A stretch of 64,000 nt of DNA from contig CM075984.1 in the NCBI GenBank assembly GCA_038087875.1, forward strand, positions 3,100,001 through 3,164,000. Direction: 5' to 3'. Under the pieces are notes generated by a model. It was given only the letters and a program-made list of their open reading frames with translations. It was not told the DNA's origin and ran no database searches. The translations under genes and the position numbers were made by a program. The DNA is from Malacoraja senta. Lineage: Eukaryota. Shown here in pieces: positions 63,389 through 64,000 of the stretch (position 1 is its first letter; each line of letters starts with the position of its first letter).

Positions 63389-63577
63389 TGTGTAGGAAGG
63401 AACTGTAGATGCTGGTTTAAACCGAAGATAGACACAAAAAGCTGGAGTAACAGGCAGCATCTCTGGAGAGATGGAATGGGACGTTTTGGGTCAAGATCCT
63501 TCTTCAGACTCAAGAAGGGTCTCGACCCGAAATGTCACCCATTCCTGCCTGAGTTGCTCCAGCATTTTGTGTCCATC
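63389..63577 (-). mobile_element. PLE pLTR fold-back insertion with back-to-back decayed hammerhead motifs
   Basis: TSD TTCRCAATTCWGAA; inverted arms. Confidence 0.8.
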
Positions 63578-64000
63578 TTCGCAATTCTGAAATTCCTGTG
63601 AGAAAAAAGGAATACTGCTGTTTTAATTGCATATGCAAAATTTCTCAATGAATAGATTAGTTAATTTAAAAAAAAACAGATATACAAATAAATGTTATTT
63701 AAAGTGCTGCATACAAAGTATGCTCTCATACAAAATAGAAGCTTTTGCAAAAGGAATTATTCTTCTTGGATTGTGTTGGATGGAGTATTCAGTGATCCCA
63801 TTATTATTTTTGTGAGTTTTTTTCTGAATACCCTGGTTTTTGCCATGAATTATTTTTCCTTCCTCTGGTGATTTTCTGCTAGTTCATTCTCTGGAGCCTG
63901 CCCAATCTGAGAGTCGATGAAATTGTCGGCAGGCGTCTTTGATCTTATCTACAGTACCATGGTTGTGACTGACCCTGTTCTATTGCAGCTGCCATAAATA

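Noticed and set aside
60832-64000. Exons of a downstream neighbouring gene
   Set aside because: No recognisable coding motif or convincing splice pair on either strand

Overview
Eukaryotic genomic DNA, probably a cartilaginous fish such as a skate or ray (inferred from HE1-type tRNA SINEs, HER1/CR1 LINEs and the Penelope-rich repeat landscape). The only host gene is MCCC1 (3-methylcrotonyl-CoA carboxylase alpha subunit) on the + strand. Thirteen coding exons (5276-60831, numbered 7-19 by analogy with the human gene) splice with GT-AG boundaries into one open frame of 1524 nt (507 aa plus stop), covering the biotin carboxylase motifs and the AMKM biotinylation site. The 5' exons lie upstream of the window. 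The introns are mostly nested, decayed transposons: CR1/HER1, L2 and Rex1/Babar LINEs, Penelope-like elements (PLEs), HE1 SINEs, and hAT-, Harbinger- and Tc1/mariner-like MITEs. The most notable signals are RNA-structural. (1) A ~140-nt TSD-flanked retroposon at 51462-51603 begins with a complete minimal HDV/CPEB3-type ribozyme fold, in sense orientation in intron 17. (2) About 20 minimal hammerhead motifs occur in PLE terminal repeats, many inside ~100-220-nt fold-back insertions. (3) Inverted repeat pairs bracket the frame-preserving exon blocks 9-10 and 16-17. (4) One 22-24-bp palindrome is shared by different MITE families. All calls were made by eye; no searches or folding programs were run, and most transposon boundaries are approximate.
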